From assembly GCF_009914755.1 (NCBI RefSeq), contig NC_060938.1: 64,000 bases of DNA, one strand, 5' to 3'. The DNA comes from the human T2T-CHM13v2.0 reference genome, Homo sapiens. The notes under the pieces were generated by a model. It worked only from the letters and a program-made list of their open reading frames with translations. It made no database searches and was not told the DNA's origin. The position numbers and the translations under genes were made by a program. This document shows positions 1-15,272 of this stretch, one piece after another. The stretch's first letter is position 1. The number at the start of each line of letters is the position of its first letter.

Positions 1-558
1 AGTATCCAGAGCCACTTAGTTCCAGGTTAAAAACTGTGGACAGACAACCACATGCCACAAACAAAAACTAATTTGAGGCCGGGTGCAGTGGCTCACACCT
101 GCAATCCCAGCTCTCTGGGAGGCCAAAGCAAGCAGATCACTTGAGGTGAGGAGTTCGAGACCAGCCTGGCCAACATGATGAAACCCTATCTCTGCTAATA
201 ATATAAAAATAAGCCAGGTGTGGTGGTGTACACCTGAAATCCTAGCTACATGGGAGGCTGAGGCAGGAGAAATGCTTGAACCCGGGAGATGGGCGTTAAC
301 AGTGAGCCAAGATCACACCACTGCACTCCAGCCTGGGCGACTGAGCGAGACTTCATCTAAAAAAAAAATTAATTTGAAATAGGTCATAGATGTAAATGTA
401 AAAGCTAAAATTATAAAACTTCTAAATAACAGGAGAAAATCTTTGATACTTTGGATTAGGTAAAAAAGCATGAATCATAAAAGAAAAAAATAATAAGTTG
501 CACTTCATCAATATTTAAAACTTCTGCTCTTTGAAAGACTTATGAAAATAAAAAGACA
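1..558 (+). mobile_element. Old L1M ORF2 3' fragment, split by an Alu
   Basis: L1-typical text (aaatgtaaaagctaaaattataaaacttcta...atttaaaacttctgctctttgaaagac); resumes after the Alu. Confidence 0.75.
77..368 (+). mobile_element. AluS, full length
   Basis: ggccgggtgcagtggctc start, dimer, A tail; TSD-like aaaa(c/t)taatttga on both sides. Confidence 0.95.
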
Positions 559-627
559 GAATTTCCTCCCAGAAAAGAAATACTTCCTCCCAGTCTGTGG
601 CTTGTCTTTTTATTTTCATAAGTCTTT
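534..627. repeat. Perfect 25-bp inverted repeat (534-558 / 603-627)
   Basis: aaagacttatgaaaataaaaagaca is the exact reverse complement of tgtctttttattttcataagtcttt. Confidence 0.95.
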
Positions 628-769
628 ATGAAATATACACATGCACTCTGTCCACCATGAGAGTGGAGAGCTCGGGGCTTCCCGATGGCTTCAGCTGGTC
701 CTGTCAGCCCTGCCCACACTGAGGTCTCATCAGGGCCCTTCATTACCATGTAAGGAATGTCCTTTCCTA

Positions 770-1084
<315 letters not shown>

Positions 1085-1739
1085 TATGTCCTTTTTTGGC
1101 TTAGGAGCAGACAAGTCCCCTAATAACAGAAGGAGGAGCAGGAGAGGCACCTCCTCCCTGCACCCACATGCCTGAGGCTGGAGCTTTGAGTCTAATCAGT
1201 ATCCAGAAGGAACAGGAAGGAGGAGACGAAGGGCAGGGTGGTATGAGGAGGAAGAGAAGAGGCCAAATTGAGGTTTTGAAATAAAAGGGCTTTCCTCCCC
1301 TCTGTCCTCCTTAGCCTGTTCCCAGAGAAGCTCTGGCTTAACGCCGGCCAGGCTTCTCCCCCTTCCTCAGGTCTCAGCCTCTGTTGACCCCCGACGCTGC
1401 TTAGCGATCTGTCTGCTTCCTCCCTCCAGCGATACCTGGATTTCTTTCTGCCTAATTCTTTCTATCCCTCAGCGCATCCTCTCAATACTCAAACAGTCCT
1501 GGGCCTCATTCTCCAAACGCCCACACACCTACAAAACAACACCTGCAGCCTCCCTTTTCAAACAGAATAACACAGCTGTGAGAAAGGTGCGGACTCCCTA
1601 ATTCAAAATCAACAGAGCCTGAGCGTGCCTCGGGAAAAGGGAACCCAAGAAGAGCAGAGAGGAGAGGGAAGAAAGATGCAGGGAAGCGCTTGGATGTACC
1701 ATCACCTCAGCCCTTCTTCCTCTCCCCCAGCAGAGGGCT

Positions 1740-2141
1740 GACATGGCCAAATACATGACATTACCATCCTCCTTTGCAACAAAAATAGGCGCATATGCTC
1801 TAATCTTGGCCAATGGGACCCATAGGAGGAGGGGTTTCTTGGTGTCCTCTGGGTAAGGTTTTCTTCCCTAATTCAAGGAGATGCCTGGGTGGAAATGCTC
1901 TTCCTCTCCAGCCAAATACTGTCATATCCATACATGATGTTGGAACCATCGTCTTGGGACCACAAGGACAAGCTTAGGACCAAGCCATTATGCTGAGGAA
2001 GGCTGAGCAGACACAAGGAAAAAGAGTCTGGGTCTCCGATGACATCCTTGAGAACCAACCCTGGAGCTTCCCTAAGGTAGGTTTTCTGATTATGTGAGAC
2101 AGCAAAGCCCCTTATTGTCTAATCTCCTAGCAGTTGGGTAT
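1740..2141 (+). mobile_element. Old ERVL-type LTR (LTR33-like)
   Basis: cttggccaatggga...ccatcgtcttgggaccac...tgggtctccgatgacatc, resembling LTR33 as recalled. Confidence 0.55.
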
Positions 2142-2522
2142 TTTGTCCCAGGCTGGAGTGCAATGGCACCATCATAGCTCACTGTAGCCTCAATCTCCAG
2201 GGCTCAAGTGATCCCCCTACCTCAGGCTCCTGAGCAGCTGGGACCACAGGCATGTGCCACCACACCTGGCTCATTTTATTTTTGGTAGAAGCAAGGTCTT
2301 TTTATGTTGTCAAGGTTGGTCTCGAGCTCCTGGGCTCAAGTGATCCGCTTGCCTCAGCCTCCCAAGACGTTGGGATTACATCCCCAGAACTTGCAGGGTG
2401 CCCAACATCATACAGGAAATGCTTAATACACGTTTTTTAGAGCAGACGTTTCATTATATCTCTCTTTTTTTTAGTTTTTTGCCTAAAAAACTACAAAGAT
2501 GTGTGAGACACCATGCTCGGCC
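2142..2522 (-). mobile_element. AluJ interrupted by a ~117-bp insertion at 2381-2497
   Basis: Antisense Alu runs to gggattaca (2380) and resumes at ~2498 (gtgtgagacaccatgctcggcc). Confidence 0.9.
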
Positions 2523-2739
2523 AGTTGAAAATATTCTGACAGACACAGAGAAAAACAGTATTTGCTAAATTTCCTTGTTTGTAAGACTGCCCCAGGGCTT
2601 TATATAAGGTAATTGGCACATTACCCCTGTTTTACATGGGAGGAAATAGAGTCTTAGGTTAAATAGCCTGCACAAGGTTACAAATTAGGTGCCAGAGGCA
2701 GGACTCTAAGCTATTGTGACTTAAAAAACAGAACAAAAC

Positions 2740-3550
2740 AAAATGTATTGTCCATCAACAAATGAATGGATAAACAAAGTACAGTTTATCCATACATGGA
2801 ATACTATTCAGCCTTAAAGAGGAAGAAAATTCTGGTACATCTTACAACATGGATGAAGCTTGAAAGCTGAGTGAAATAAGCCAGATACCAAAGGAAAAAC
2901 ATTGTATGATTCCATTTATATGAACTATGTAGAGTAGTTGAATTCATAGACATGGCAAGTAGAATAGTGGGTACCAGGGACTAGGGGAGTGGGAACGGGA
3001 TGTGATATGGTTTGGCTGTGTCCCCACCCAAATCTCATCTTGAACTGTAGCTTCCATAATCCCCATGTGTTGAGGGAGGGACCCAGTGGGAGATAATTGA
3101 ATCATGGGGGCAGGTTCCCCCATACTGTTCTCATGATAGTGAATAAGTCTCATGAGATCTGATGATTTTATAAGAGGTTTTCCCTTTTGCTTGGCTCTCA
3201 TTCTCTCTCTTGCCTGCTGCCATGTAAGACGTGCCTTTTACCTTCTGCCATGATTGTGAGGCCTCCCCAGCCATGTGGAACTGTGCGTCCATTAAACCTC
3301 TTTTCTTTATAAATTACCCAGTCTCAGGTATGTCTTTATCAGCAGCATGAAAACAGACTAATACAGAGAGTTACTTTTTACAGGTACAGAGTTTCAGTCT
3401 GGGAAAATAAAAAAGTTCTGGAGCTGGATGGTGGTGATGGATGGGCAACACTGTGAATGCACTTAATGCCACTGAACTGTCTGCTTAAAAATGGTTACAA
3501 TGGTAAATTGTATGTTATGTATATTTTATCTCCAAAGAACTAAAAAAAGA
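2740..3550 (+). mobile_element. L1MB-type 3' end, split by a THE1 LTR
   Basis: tgtccatcaacaaatgaatggataaacaaa...gttctggagctggatggtggtgatgg, A-rich end. Confidence 0.85.
3003..3365 (+). mobile_element. THE1 (THE1C-like) MaLR solo LTR
   Basis: tgatatggtttggctgtgtccccaccc...cagactaataca, TG...CA termini. Confidence 0.92.
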
Positions 3551-3584
3551 GATGAAATGAAACTTCTGCTCTAAGGAAAAGCAA

Positions 3585-4470
3585 AATGTATTAAGCATTT
3601 CCTGTATGATGTTGAGCACCCTCCAAGGGCTGGGGAGGTAATGCAAAGGAGACTGATGAATCTGGGGTTTTGTGGAGCTTCCATTCCAGTAGGAGAGGCT
3701 GGCAATAAACAAGTAAACTAACAGGACCATTGCAGGTTAGTGATCATTGCTAGAATGGTAATAAATAGGTGCTATGATGGAAAATAATTGGGGTTTCTGG
3801 TGTGTGTTAGGCAACATTTTAGATAGGGTAATTAACTTCATTGAGGAGTCACATTTGAACGAAGCCTTGACAGATGAGAAGCAACCACCATGATTATGTG
3901 AAGGCACAGGGAAAGGCTTTCCAGGCAGAGAGAGTAAGAACGGCAAAGTCCCTGTGGCAGGAAAGAACTGGGGACACTTGAGGCCATTGTGATTGGAGCT
4001 CAGAGGCTTGGGTTGGAGAAAGTCAGAAGCCAGATCCTGTGGGGCCTGGTGGGCCATAGTGAAGGGTCTGGATATTATTCTAATTGAGATGAGAAGTCAC
4101 TGAAAGGCATGATCTGATTTACATTTTTGGCAGGTCTCTCTGGACACTGCAGAAATTGGATTATAAGGAGCAAAATGGAGGCAGCAAGACCTGTTGGGAG
4201 GCCATTGGTGTGGCCCCAGAGAGAGCTGATGGTGGCTGGGAATTGGGGGTGGTTTAGAGAGAGGTGAACAGATTCCACCCAGGTTCTCAAGACACAAACA
4301 ATAGGGCCTGCCAATGGGTTGGATGTGCAGGCTGCAGAAAAGGGAAGAATCAAGGCTGACTCCTGGGGGTGGGGCTTGGGCAACGGGACAGGGGATAGGG
4401 GTATGGTGAGGCCTCATGGAGAGGAAGAGGTTCAGAGCAAAATCAAGAGTTCTGTTCTGGAGTCTCGAAA
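3585..4470 (-). mobile_element. L2 LINE fragment
   Basis: Degenerate L2 text (tattaagcatttcctgtatg..., ggcatgatctgatttacattttt, tgccaatgggttggatgtg). Confidence 0.75.
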
Positions 4471-4721
4471 CAGTGCACTCTTTTCCTCTTTCCACTCCAC
4501 TCCATCCTCTTCCTAAAGTTAATAAAATCAGAACGTTAAACCTGGAGTTATTACGGCTCTGTAGGCAAATCTAAGTGGTGGGCGATACAACGTGGTACTA
4601 AGAAACATGCGAGAGTCTCATGGACAGCACAAGCTCCAAGGGAGCATTTTCTCATCACCTCAATAGTGTTTAGAAAAGAGAGGTGCTACCATTTGACCAC
4701 TGGGGTTGGTACATTAGCACA

Positions 4722-5160
4722 GTGTCTTGGATAGGGCTTTCCCAGGAGCAGATCCTGAGACGAGGGTGTGCGCGCAAGGAGTGTGATTGGGAGGTGACCT
4801 CAGAAGGCACTGGCAGGAGAATGGGTGCATGAGGGAGGGAAGGGATGAACCTAGTCAGGATTTGCTAACAAGCAGGTTATACTGTGGACAGCTGGGTGTG
4901 GTCCTGCTGGGACATCTGGGAGAAAGCATAGATTGTGCACTGAATTGTCTCCCCTGGGACAAACACTGGGCTATTTATCTTCCAGGTCCTGCTCGTCATT
5001 GACTGAAGTGTGGACCTGGGGGCATCAACTCTCCAGCATCTGTTGACCCCTCGTGCTGGGCCTCGGAGAAAGGCAGCAGGTGGAGCATCGCAGGTTTTTC
5101 GGGAGAAACCTGCCGGTGAGTGCCAAGGGGACGTGGAGGGGGCCTTGATGGTTTCTGTTA
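4722..5160 (-). mobile_element. LTR16-like ERVL LTR
   Basis: tgtcttggatagggctttcccaggagcagatcctgagacgagg start. Confidence 0.55.
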
Positions 5161-5592
5161 TTGCTATACCAGTATCATGCTTTTACTTCTGCTAATTCTT
5201 TACAGCAAGTCTCAAAGCTATTAGATGGTACTGTTCAAACTGTAGTCAATAGATCTGTGTCAACAACTGTTTGTTACCATTTGAAATAAAGAATTTGTAA
5301 ATCACTCCCTTGCTTGCTATAAAAAATTAGCTGGTCTAGACGGTGTGCCTAGTGATGAAAATGAATTTACATTCTAGTGAAAGCTCCTTATCATATTGCA
5401 TACTGGGAACAAACACCTCACAGACTGGCACATTCTGCAGCACTGTGCTCAACTGTGAGATCCCTGAGGACAGGTCCCATGCACATTCATCTCTGCTTCC
5501 TCAGGGCCTGGCACAGTGTCTAGTACGGAGGAGGCACTTGGTGGGTCTGTATTGTCCCATTGTACAGATGAGGAAACGGAACACGGAGGCAG

Positions 5593-5985
5593 TTCTATAG
5601 TCAGGATGTTTGTCCCCTCCAAGTCTCATGTTGAAATTTGATCCCCCCTGTTGGAGGTGGGTCCTAAGGTGGGGTGTTGTTTGGGTTGTGGGGTGGATCC
5701 CTCATGAATAGATTGATGCCCTCCCTGTTGGGGGAGGTGGGGGAAGTAGTTCTCAGTCCGTTAGTTCCCTTGAGAGCTGGTTGTTAAGAAGAGCCTGGCA
5801 CCTCCCCGCACCTCTCTTGCTCCCTCTCTTGCCATGTGATCTCTGCACACACAGGTCCCCTTCCACCATGAGTAGAAGCAGCCTGAGGCTTTCACCAGAT
5901 GCAGAACCATGAACCATGTAATCCTCTTTTCTTTATACGTACCCCAGCTCAGTTTATGTATAGCAACACAAAATGGACTAAGACA
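5593..5985 (+). mobile_element. MST (MSTB-like) solo LTR inserted in a MIR
   Basis: ctatagtcaggatgtttgtcccctccaa...aaaatggactaagaca; 5-bp TSD ggcag/ggcgg. Confidence 0.85.
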
Positions 5986-6721
5986 GGCGGCCTCTCATCT
6001 CTGGGGCTTGGTGCCTCCAAACCTCAGTGCTGCTTCCTGCTGTGACAGATCCATTTGGTATGAACTCTCTCCTAGGAGAGTGACACAAATCGGATTCAAG
6101 TTAAGTGTCATTCCCTCTCCCACTCTAAGAGTTGTGTCTTAGGCAGTGTCTATTTCTAGGGACAACTCAACAGCCAAAGATCTTTACCATCTCTGCTTCT
6201 GCCTGACCAGGTTTCATCCTGTTCCTAGGTGGACACCATTGAACACTCTCTTGATGAGACTGATGCTGATTCTATGATTCCACCATGAAATGGGAAATCC
6301 CAGGTACTGAGGCATTGCCTTTTGGTGGTTATTCTTTTCAACCACACAAGGCTGGCAAAGGACTCAGAAACTCCTGAGAGTTCCCAAAGAAGCAAAACTT
6401 TAATAATTGTCACAGTAACTCATGGACAGATGAACGAGAGAAAAGTCACAGAAGTGGTGATGGGAGAAAGAAGGAGGGGATAAGGGCAGAAAGAAGAGAA
6501 GCAGAAAGATGGAAACACTGTTCACTGGTAAGTCATCTGTTGGGACCTTTATGGTTCAGTATCTAGGACTGTTATTTTCCTAAAGTTGAGACAGCTGACT
6601 GAGATTCAGTATTTTCACAATTTCTAGCCAGGGGTGATAATCTGACTCTGCCATGGGCCAAATTCCACCACTACAGACTTTTGTTTGGCCAGCAAGGCAT
6701 TTAAAAAATATTTGCATTTCC

Positions 6722-7110
6722 AATGGCTAGGCTAGGTTAGGTTACACTGCAGTAACAAGTAACTCCAATGCCTTAGGAGCAACACAACTAGAATTTATTT
6801 CTTGTTCGTGTCACATGTCCGAGGATGTATTCTTCTCACAGCATCCACTCACGGACTCAGGCTCTTGGCAGCTTTCTCTTGACATGGGCTTGCAGGGCCA
6901 CTGACACAGTGAAGGGAAGGAGGCAGAGTGAATGGCTCACTGGTTCTTGAATCTTTGTCCTGGAAGGCCACGTGCCCCTTCTGTTTAGACTTCATTGTCG
7001 GGGCAAGTTGCATGACTCTCTTGACTTCGAAGGAAGAGGGGAAGGTAAACCCTAGCAGATGCCTGGAGAGCTGATCAGCTCTAATGGGGCACAGCACTGA
7101 TGACAATCAC
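6722..7110 (-). mobile_element. MLT1J-like LTR
   Basis: ctaggttacactgcagtaacaa...tttatttcttgttc pattern. Confidence 0.6.
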
Positions 7111-7417
7111 AGCTGTGCCCTCTGCAGCTGGCATGATCCCACCCCTCCCTATTGTCTTGCATTTTATGTTACCTGTCAGTTCCAAAAGGCACTCTAGTTT
7201 GCTAAGCCCTGAGCAGGAGAACTTGAAGCATTCCATGCCCAGCTCTCTGGCACTCACCATTTAATAACTCAATCTCACTCCTCAGGCATAATCACTAGCC
7301 TGTTGTTCCTTTTAACTTGCCCACTCTACCAACTGTTCATGTTGGGTTGTTAGCTATTTACTGCACCTGCACCTGGGTCCTTCCATCAGCATCAGCATCA
7401 GCATCAGCATCACCTGA

Positions 7418-7732
<315 letters not shown>

Positions 7733-8084
7733 CCTTATTCCCTTTTTATCTGGACTACTGTCTGTTGCCAATCAGTGTCCTCTTCAGTCACCATGGTCTC
7801 TCAGTATAGGAGGGCTTTTGGAGGGCACCTTCCACTGCTTCCTTCCCCTGGCCTAACCCCAGCCTCCATTCCTCACAACTCCACCATGGGCAGGTCTAGA
7901 ACCAGCCCCTCTCCCCTCCCAGTCCATCTGTCCAATTAGACAGGACCATGAACATCCCTCCTGAGATGTTCGCATTCCAGACTACACTAAAGCTATAGCC
8001 ACATAAACGATACAGCCATCCACTGTTTCCATACGCTTAGCCCCCCAGGAGGTATATCTAAGGTTGACATAACACCTGCATCCA

Positions 8085-9498
<1,414 letters not shown>

Positions 9499-10309
9499 TG
9501 GTATGGAGTATGGAGGGGTCGCCTCCGGAGCTCCCCAGGCTGTTGGAGGTATTGCACAGGGGTGCTGCTATGATGCTGTGGTGAGTGGGGGAGCAGCTCT
9601 TTGCAGTGGGGCTATGTCCTACTGGCTGAGGAAACCTCAGGTAACGTGAATGCCTCACCTGGAGCCTGCAGTTTCCCTAAGGAGGTGTGGAGCCTTCACA
9701 GGCAAACCTCGGCCTCTCAAGGGTCTTTGTGCATCCTTTGTGGTCTTAGGGTTGGAGGGTGGGGGGAGACTTCTGTCTAAAAGGTTGTACTGCATCCAAC
9801 ATCAGGGCAGCACACCTGGTTCTCTGCATGCCGGGAACGCCCCAGGGCTCTGGCTTGTGCTCCCAAGCTCCCTGCATGGTCCCATCCACCAGGCAGTGGG
9901 CCGTGCACCACATGCACTTGGGTTTAGAGGAGGGGTGGGTGAGGGCTCTTCTGTTCTATCCCCGTGTGCAGTCAATTTTCCTTCTCTCGGTTCCCTTCAG
10001 CCACATTTTTCCTTTTGTCTTCTTACCATGAAGATGGGAAGATCACAGAAGCTCTGTGTGCTGTCCGAAGGCGATGTCTTTTAGCAGTGTGCCCAGTGGA
10101 ACCTCGCAGAATTCTCAGCATTATCCCTTTTCCCCCATCTCTTGGAACCAGAGCAGAGTGAAGAAGTCCTGTCTCCCATGTTCTGCCCACCCGTGGAAGG
10201 CCCCAGGGATGCCTGCCGCCCACCGTATGCAACACCTTGAGCTTCACTGACCCACCTAGTTCCTACTGTCTTCAGTGAAGCTTGAGACAGGTCCTAGAAT
10301 TCCCCCTAA

Positions 10310-10603
<294 letters not shown>

Positions 10604-11339
10604 TAGAATTCATTTTATTTGCATCTCTTTGAGTGTATTTGCCGTCTTTAGGGCTTCAGCAGGTAAAACTCCAGTCAGCAGCCCCCTTGCTTTTATAAAA
10701 TAAAAGGTGCAACACGCCTGCTGAAACAAGGTTATTTTGCATGCACAGTTATTTTTGTTCTTGTTGTTTCTTTTTGGCTTACATTTTTAGCTACATTTCC
10801 AGAACCCTGAGAGAAAGTGGCAAGAAACTCTCTGGTGACCGCCATACTCATTTTGCCTGAGAGATGCTATAGAGAAACTCCCTCATCTCTGTAGGTACGG
10901 TCTTGTCATGTTCTGATGATGCGCGTTTTCGAGGTGAGATGCTGCTAAGCTCGTACAGAACAGAAAGAGGTTGACTCAGAAGCGATTTACGACAGGACTG
11001 GAAGGAAGCCTGCCGAGGCAGTTGCCGAGGGCCTGTGAAGAAGTGCTGAATACGGAAATCTTATCATTGTTTAAAAATGAGCAAACTCAGAAACTCCGGC
11101 TTCATAGAGCTCGGCCTCAAACAGCAGTGGGAGGCAGCTGGGAGAGGCCCGCCTGTGATCATAACACCCAGAAGGGGCTCGGTCACTCTCTGAGATCCCA
11201 GCCATGGAATACAGCAGATTACAGGCCCAGCTCTGGCTGTAGCCTGGAAGGCTGGCACTCTGGATGCCAGCACAGGGCCAGAGGGTCTGGCAGCAGAGGC
11301 CAAGTAAGGGAACGAAAACAAAGGGGCAAGGAATGAGGA

Positions 11340-11800
11340 TGAAGGCTGTGTTTGCCTAGACAGTGCCTGACACATTGCAGACGTGCAGTAATGTCTGTGG
11401 AATGGAGGCACAAATGGATGAACACCTCCTCCACCATCCAAGTACATGCCACCATTCTATGTACTTGGGATACATCCAGAACAAACCAAATAGTCCAACA
11501 TTTCTGCCCCTGTGGAACTTCTATTCTAGAGGCAGGGGAGACGGATGGCAAATATAACAGACGCACATGCGATGTAGTGTCCTAGAAGGAGACAAGTGTT
11601 CTGAAAACAATCAAGAAGGCTAAGGGGGCTTGGACATGCTGGGGGCTGGTGGGTGTTGCAAGTCTTAGTGGGGTGGTCAGGGCAGGCAGTGCCTCACATG
11701 CCAGAGCTGAGTGAGGCCTTGCAAACGGGTGAGAGAGTCAGTTGTGTGGATAAGAGTATCAGGCAAGAGGAGGTAAGAGGAGAAAGCCTGTGCAAAAGCA
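11340..11800. mobile_element. L2 fragments in opposite orientations
   Basis: cagtgcctgacacattg... then tacttgggatacatcc...tctgcccctgtggaacttctattctag. Confidence 0.55.
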
Positions 11801-12771
11801 GGAGTGATCGAGAGGGAGAATGATAGAAGACACAGTCTGAGAGACAAGAAGGAAATCAGTCAAAATCCTGGCAGGAAGCAGATGGCCTGCTCACATTGGA
11901 GGACTGGGGGGACTTTACTTAAAGGACCATTGCAAAGAGTAGGTAGATATAGAGACACCCCAAGGAATAGCACAGCACCCCCCACCCCAGATGCCATGGC
12001 CACCCCTGGAATTAAAGGGGCAAGAAAAGAGAAGCTACAGGAACCTAGGGAGAGAGGAGAGGGCTGCTTCCTGGTTGATTGACAACTGCTGGCCCTTGGG
12101 GACCCCTGCAGGGAGAAAGCTGGGGGGAATAAGTACCCCAACTCCACTGTCCTCTCACCCAATCTGTTGCCCAGGTTCTGTTATTGTTGGAGCCCAGTGC
12201 AAAGCTAGAGAACCCATTGCAGGTTGGCCTCCTAAGCCAGAGACCTGCAGAGAGCAGAGTGGAGAAGGGTGGGGGGTGGACATGGAGAGGCTAACCAGAG
12301 GCACCCAGACGGTGTAGGGCGCTGGGGCCAGCGAAGGACTTTGGCTTCCCCTCTGAGTGAGACACAAGCCCCTGGGGGTGCTGGACAGAGTGACAGGATC
12401 TGACATCATAAATAAGCACCAGCTGCCAATCATTAGTGACCAGGAGCTGAAGAAGGGAGGTGGGTGGAGAAGGAGGCGCAGGGAATCAGAGCGGGTGGTT
12501 TGCGCAGGCTAGGTGGGGAGGGAGAGGTGCACAGTGCCCAGCACCTCCAGCCCGAAGCAGCTTGGATCTACCAGGGCTGTTCTCCTCCTCCCCACTGAGA
12601 GGAGTGCTCTGGATCTAAGAGTTTACTCTCCACCCAGTGAGGTAGGCCTGGGCCCCACAAAGGACTGCCACAGACACCAGGTATGTGGCTGTGGCCCTGA
12701 GCCATCCCAAGGGGACCTTATGAAGCCCCCAGTGCCAGCATGAGTTGGACTATGTGTTGCCCTTTGCTTAC

Positions 12772-13590
12772 TGTTGTGGGCTCAATTGTGCCCTCCCAAA
12801 ATATGTTGAAGTTCTATCCCCCAATACCTCGGAATGTGACCTCATTTGGAAATAGGGCCATTGCAGATGCAATTAAGATGAGGTCACCCTGGAGAAGGGT
12901 AGGCTCTTAATCCAATATGACTGGTGTCCTAATAAGAAGAAGGAAGAGAGTGTGGAGATAGACATGAGACATGCAGGGAGAAGGCCACGTTTAGTCAGAG
13001 GCAGAGACCTGAGTGATGCTGGAGGTTGGTGGCTGCCATCAAAAGAAACCAGAAGAGGTGACGAAGGATTCTGCCCAGAATTTCAGAGAGAACACAGCCC
13101 TGCTGACACCTTGATTTTGGACTTCTGGCCTCCAAAACTGTGAGAGAATCAGTTTCCATTGTTGAATCCATCCAATTTGTGGGGCTTTGTTCTGGCAGTC
13201 CTAGTGTGCTAGTCCATTTTCAGTTGCTGATAAAGACATACCTGAGACTGGGTAACTTATAAAGAAAAAGAGGTTTAATGAACTCATAGTTCCATGTGGC
13301 TGGGTGGGGGGGCCTCACCATTATGGTGGAAGGTGAAAGGCATGTCTTACATGGTGGCAGACAAGAGAGAATGAATGAATCAAGTGAAAGGGGAAACCCC
13401 TTATAAAACCATTAGATCTCGTGAGACTTATTCACTACCACGAGAAAAGCATGAGGGAAACCGCCCTCATGATTCAATTACTTCCCACCAGGTCCCTGGC
13501 ACAACACGTGGGAATTATGGGAGCTACAGTTCAACATGAGATTTGGGTGGGGACACAGCCAAACCATATCACCTAGGAAACTGATATGCC
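12772..13590 (+). mobile_element. MLT1B/C LTR split by THE1
   Basis: tgttgtgggctcaattgtgccctcccaaaatatgttgaagt...gcagtcctag[THE1]cctaggaaactgata. Confidence 0.85.
13205..13571 (-). mobile_element. THE1 solo LTR
   Basis: Antisense THE1 ending aaaccatatca; exact 5-bp TSD cctag (13200-13204, 13572-13576). Confidence 0.93.
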
Positions 13591-13976
13591 CACTCTCTCA
13601 GTTCAGATGCCCAGTGAAGGGCTTTCAGGCTGCTTGGCTGATGTCTGGCTAAATTGTGCTGACTTCCCAACTTGGGTTCTTTTCCTGGGCGCCTGTGATA
13701 ATTTCACAGCCAGGCTGACCAGGAAGAGGTGGCCCTTTGCTTGGCAAGCCCTGGCCCTCCCCTATTGGTCAGGGCCCTGGGTTGCTTGGGGGGCGACAAC
13801 TGCAAATAGCTGCCTGGCCAGGCACTGACTGCAGGATGAAGGTGCAGTAATTGTGCAAGATGCTGTGAGGCCTCCGGTGGGGGGTTACAGAAGACACTGA
13901 GTCCAGCATGAATCTGGCATAGAGTTGGCATTCAATAAATCCTTCATGAACGACCTTTTCTGGACTTTTGAGCTGG

Positions 13977-14370
13977 TGTTGTGGTTGAACAGTGGCCTCC
14001 AAAAAGATACGTCTGTGTTCATATCCTGGGAATCTGTGAAAGTGACCTTTATTACAAAATAGGTATTTGCAGATGTAATTCGGTTAAGGATCTTGAGATG
14101 AGATCGTCCTGGATTAACTGGGTGGCCCTAAACCCAATGATAAGTGTCCTTATAAAGAGACAGGAGAGAAGTCACAGACATCATGCAAAGATGGAGGCAG
14201 AGATTGGTGTGATCTGGCCACAAGTGAATGAGGCCAAGGATGGCTGGCAGCCACCTGGCGCTCGCAGAAGCAAGGAAGTCTTCTCCCGTGGAGCCTTTGG
14301 AGGGAGGCTGGCTCTGCTGACACCTTGACTTCAGACTGCTGGCCTGCAGAACCAGGAGAGAATAAATTCC
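13977..14370 (+). mobile_element. MLT1C-like LTR (3' end truncated)
   Basis: ttgcagatgtaatt...ttaaggatcttgagatgagatc...ctgctgacaccttgacttcagac. Confidence 0.8.
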
Positions 14371-14912
14371 TTCAGACACGAGTGGCTTCTCCATCGTCAT
14401 CAGAGCTGGTCTTTCCTTTAGCTAAGGTTACCACCTCTGTGGAAGCTAACAGAACGTCTGAAGAAAGCCCAGGGGTGGGACTGAGTTGGTGGACTCTGGA
14501 GGGATCCATTCTAAGGAAGGTCAGAGAGAGTTGGATGAAGCCAGGGACGAGCATAGCGCATTATTAAGCATGCGTGGGCATTTGTGCTCCTGTCTGCCTG
14601 GCTCTGGTTTGCTTCTCTTATTTGTTATTTGTCTTGATCCTGGTTCATGCCCCTGATGAAAATGTTCTTTAATGAAGAGTTTCACATGGAGAGAAATGGC
14701 CTAGTTATGGGTCCATCTCAGGGGGACATTCTCTTCACAAAGACAGTTTCTCATCTTCCTGGGATCCCATTGGCGGTGGCACAGGCTCCCTGGGCCACCA
14801 GGAGGACTGTTTACTTCTGTTTCCTGGACAGCTGGCTTGGCCTGGATGGACCAGAGCAGGTTCCTCACCTCTCTGCTGAGCGGCTCTTCCCAGGGACAGC
14901 AGGCTGCAGTGC

Positions 14913-15272
14913 TGATAAGGTTTGGCTGTGTCCCCACCCAAATCTCATCTTGAATTGTAGCTCCCGTAATTCTCATGTGTTGTGGGAGAGATCCGGTGGG
15001 AGATAATTGAATCATGGGGTGCTTTCCCCCATACTGTTCTGGTGGTAGTGAATAAGTCTTATGAGATCTGGTGGTTTTATAAGGGGAAACCCCTTTTGCT
15101 TAGCTCTATTCTCTCTTGCCTGCTGCCATGTAAGATGTGCCTTTCACCTTCTGCCATGATGGTGAGGCCTCCCCAGCCATGTGGAACTGTGAGTCCATGA
15201 AACTTCTTTTCTTTTATAAATTACCCAGTCTCAGGTATGTCTTTATCAGCAGTGTGAAAATGGACAAATACA
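14913..15272 (+). mobile_element. THE1 solo LTR
   Basis: tgataaggtttggctgtgtcccc...aaataca. Confidence 0.92.

Noticed and set aside
7383-7411. (CATCAG)n short array
   Set aside because: Simple slippage repeat, no spacers; not CRISPR-like
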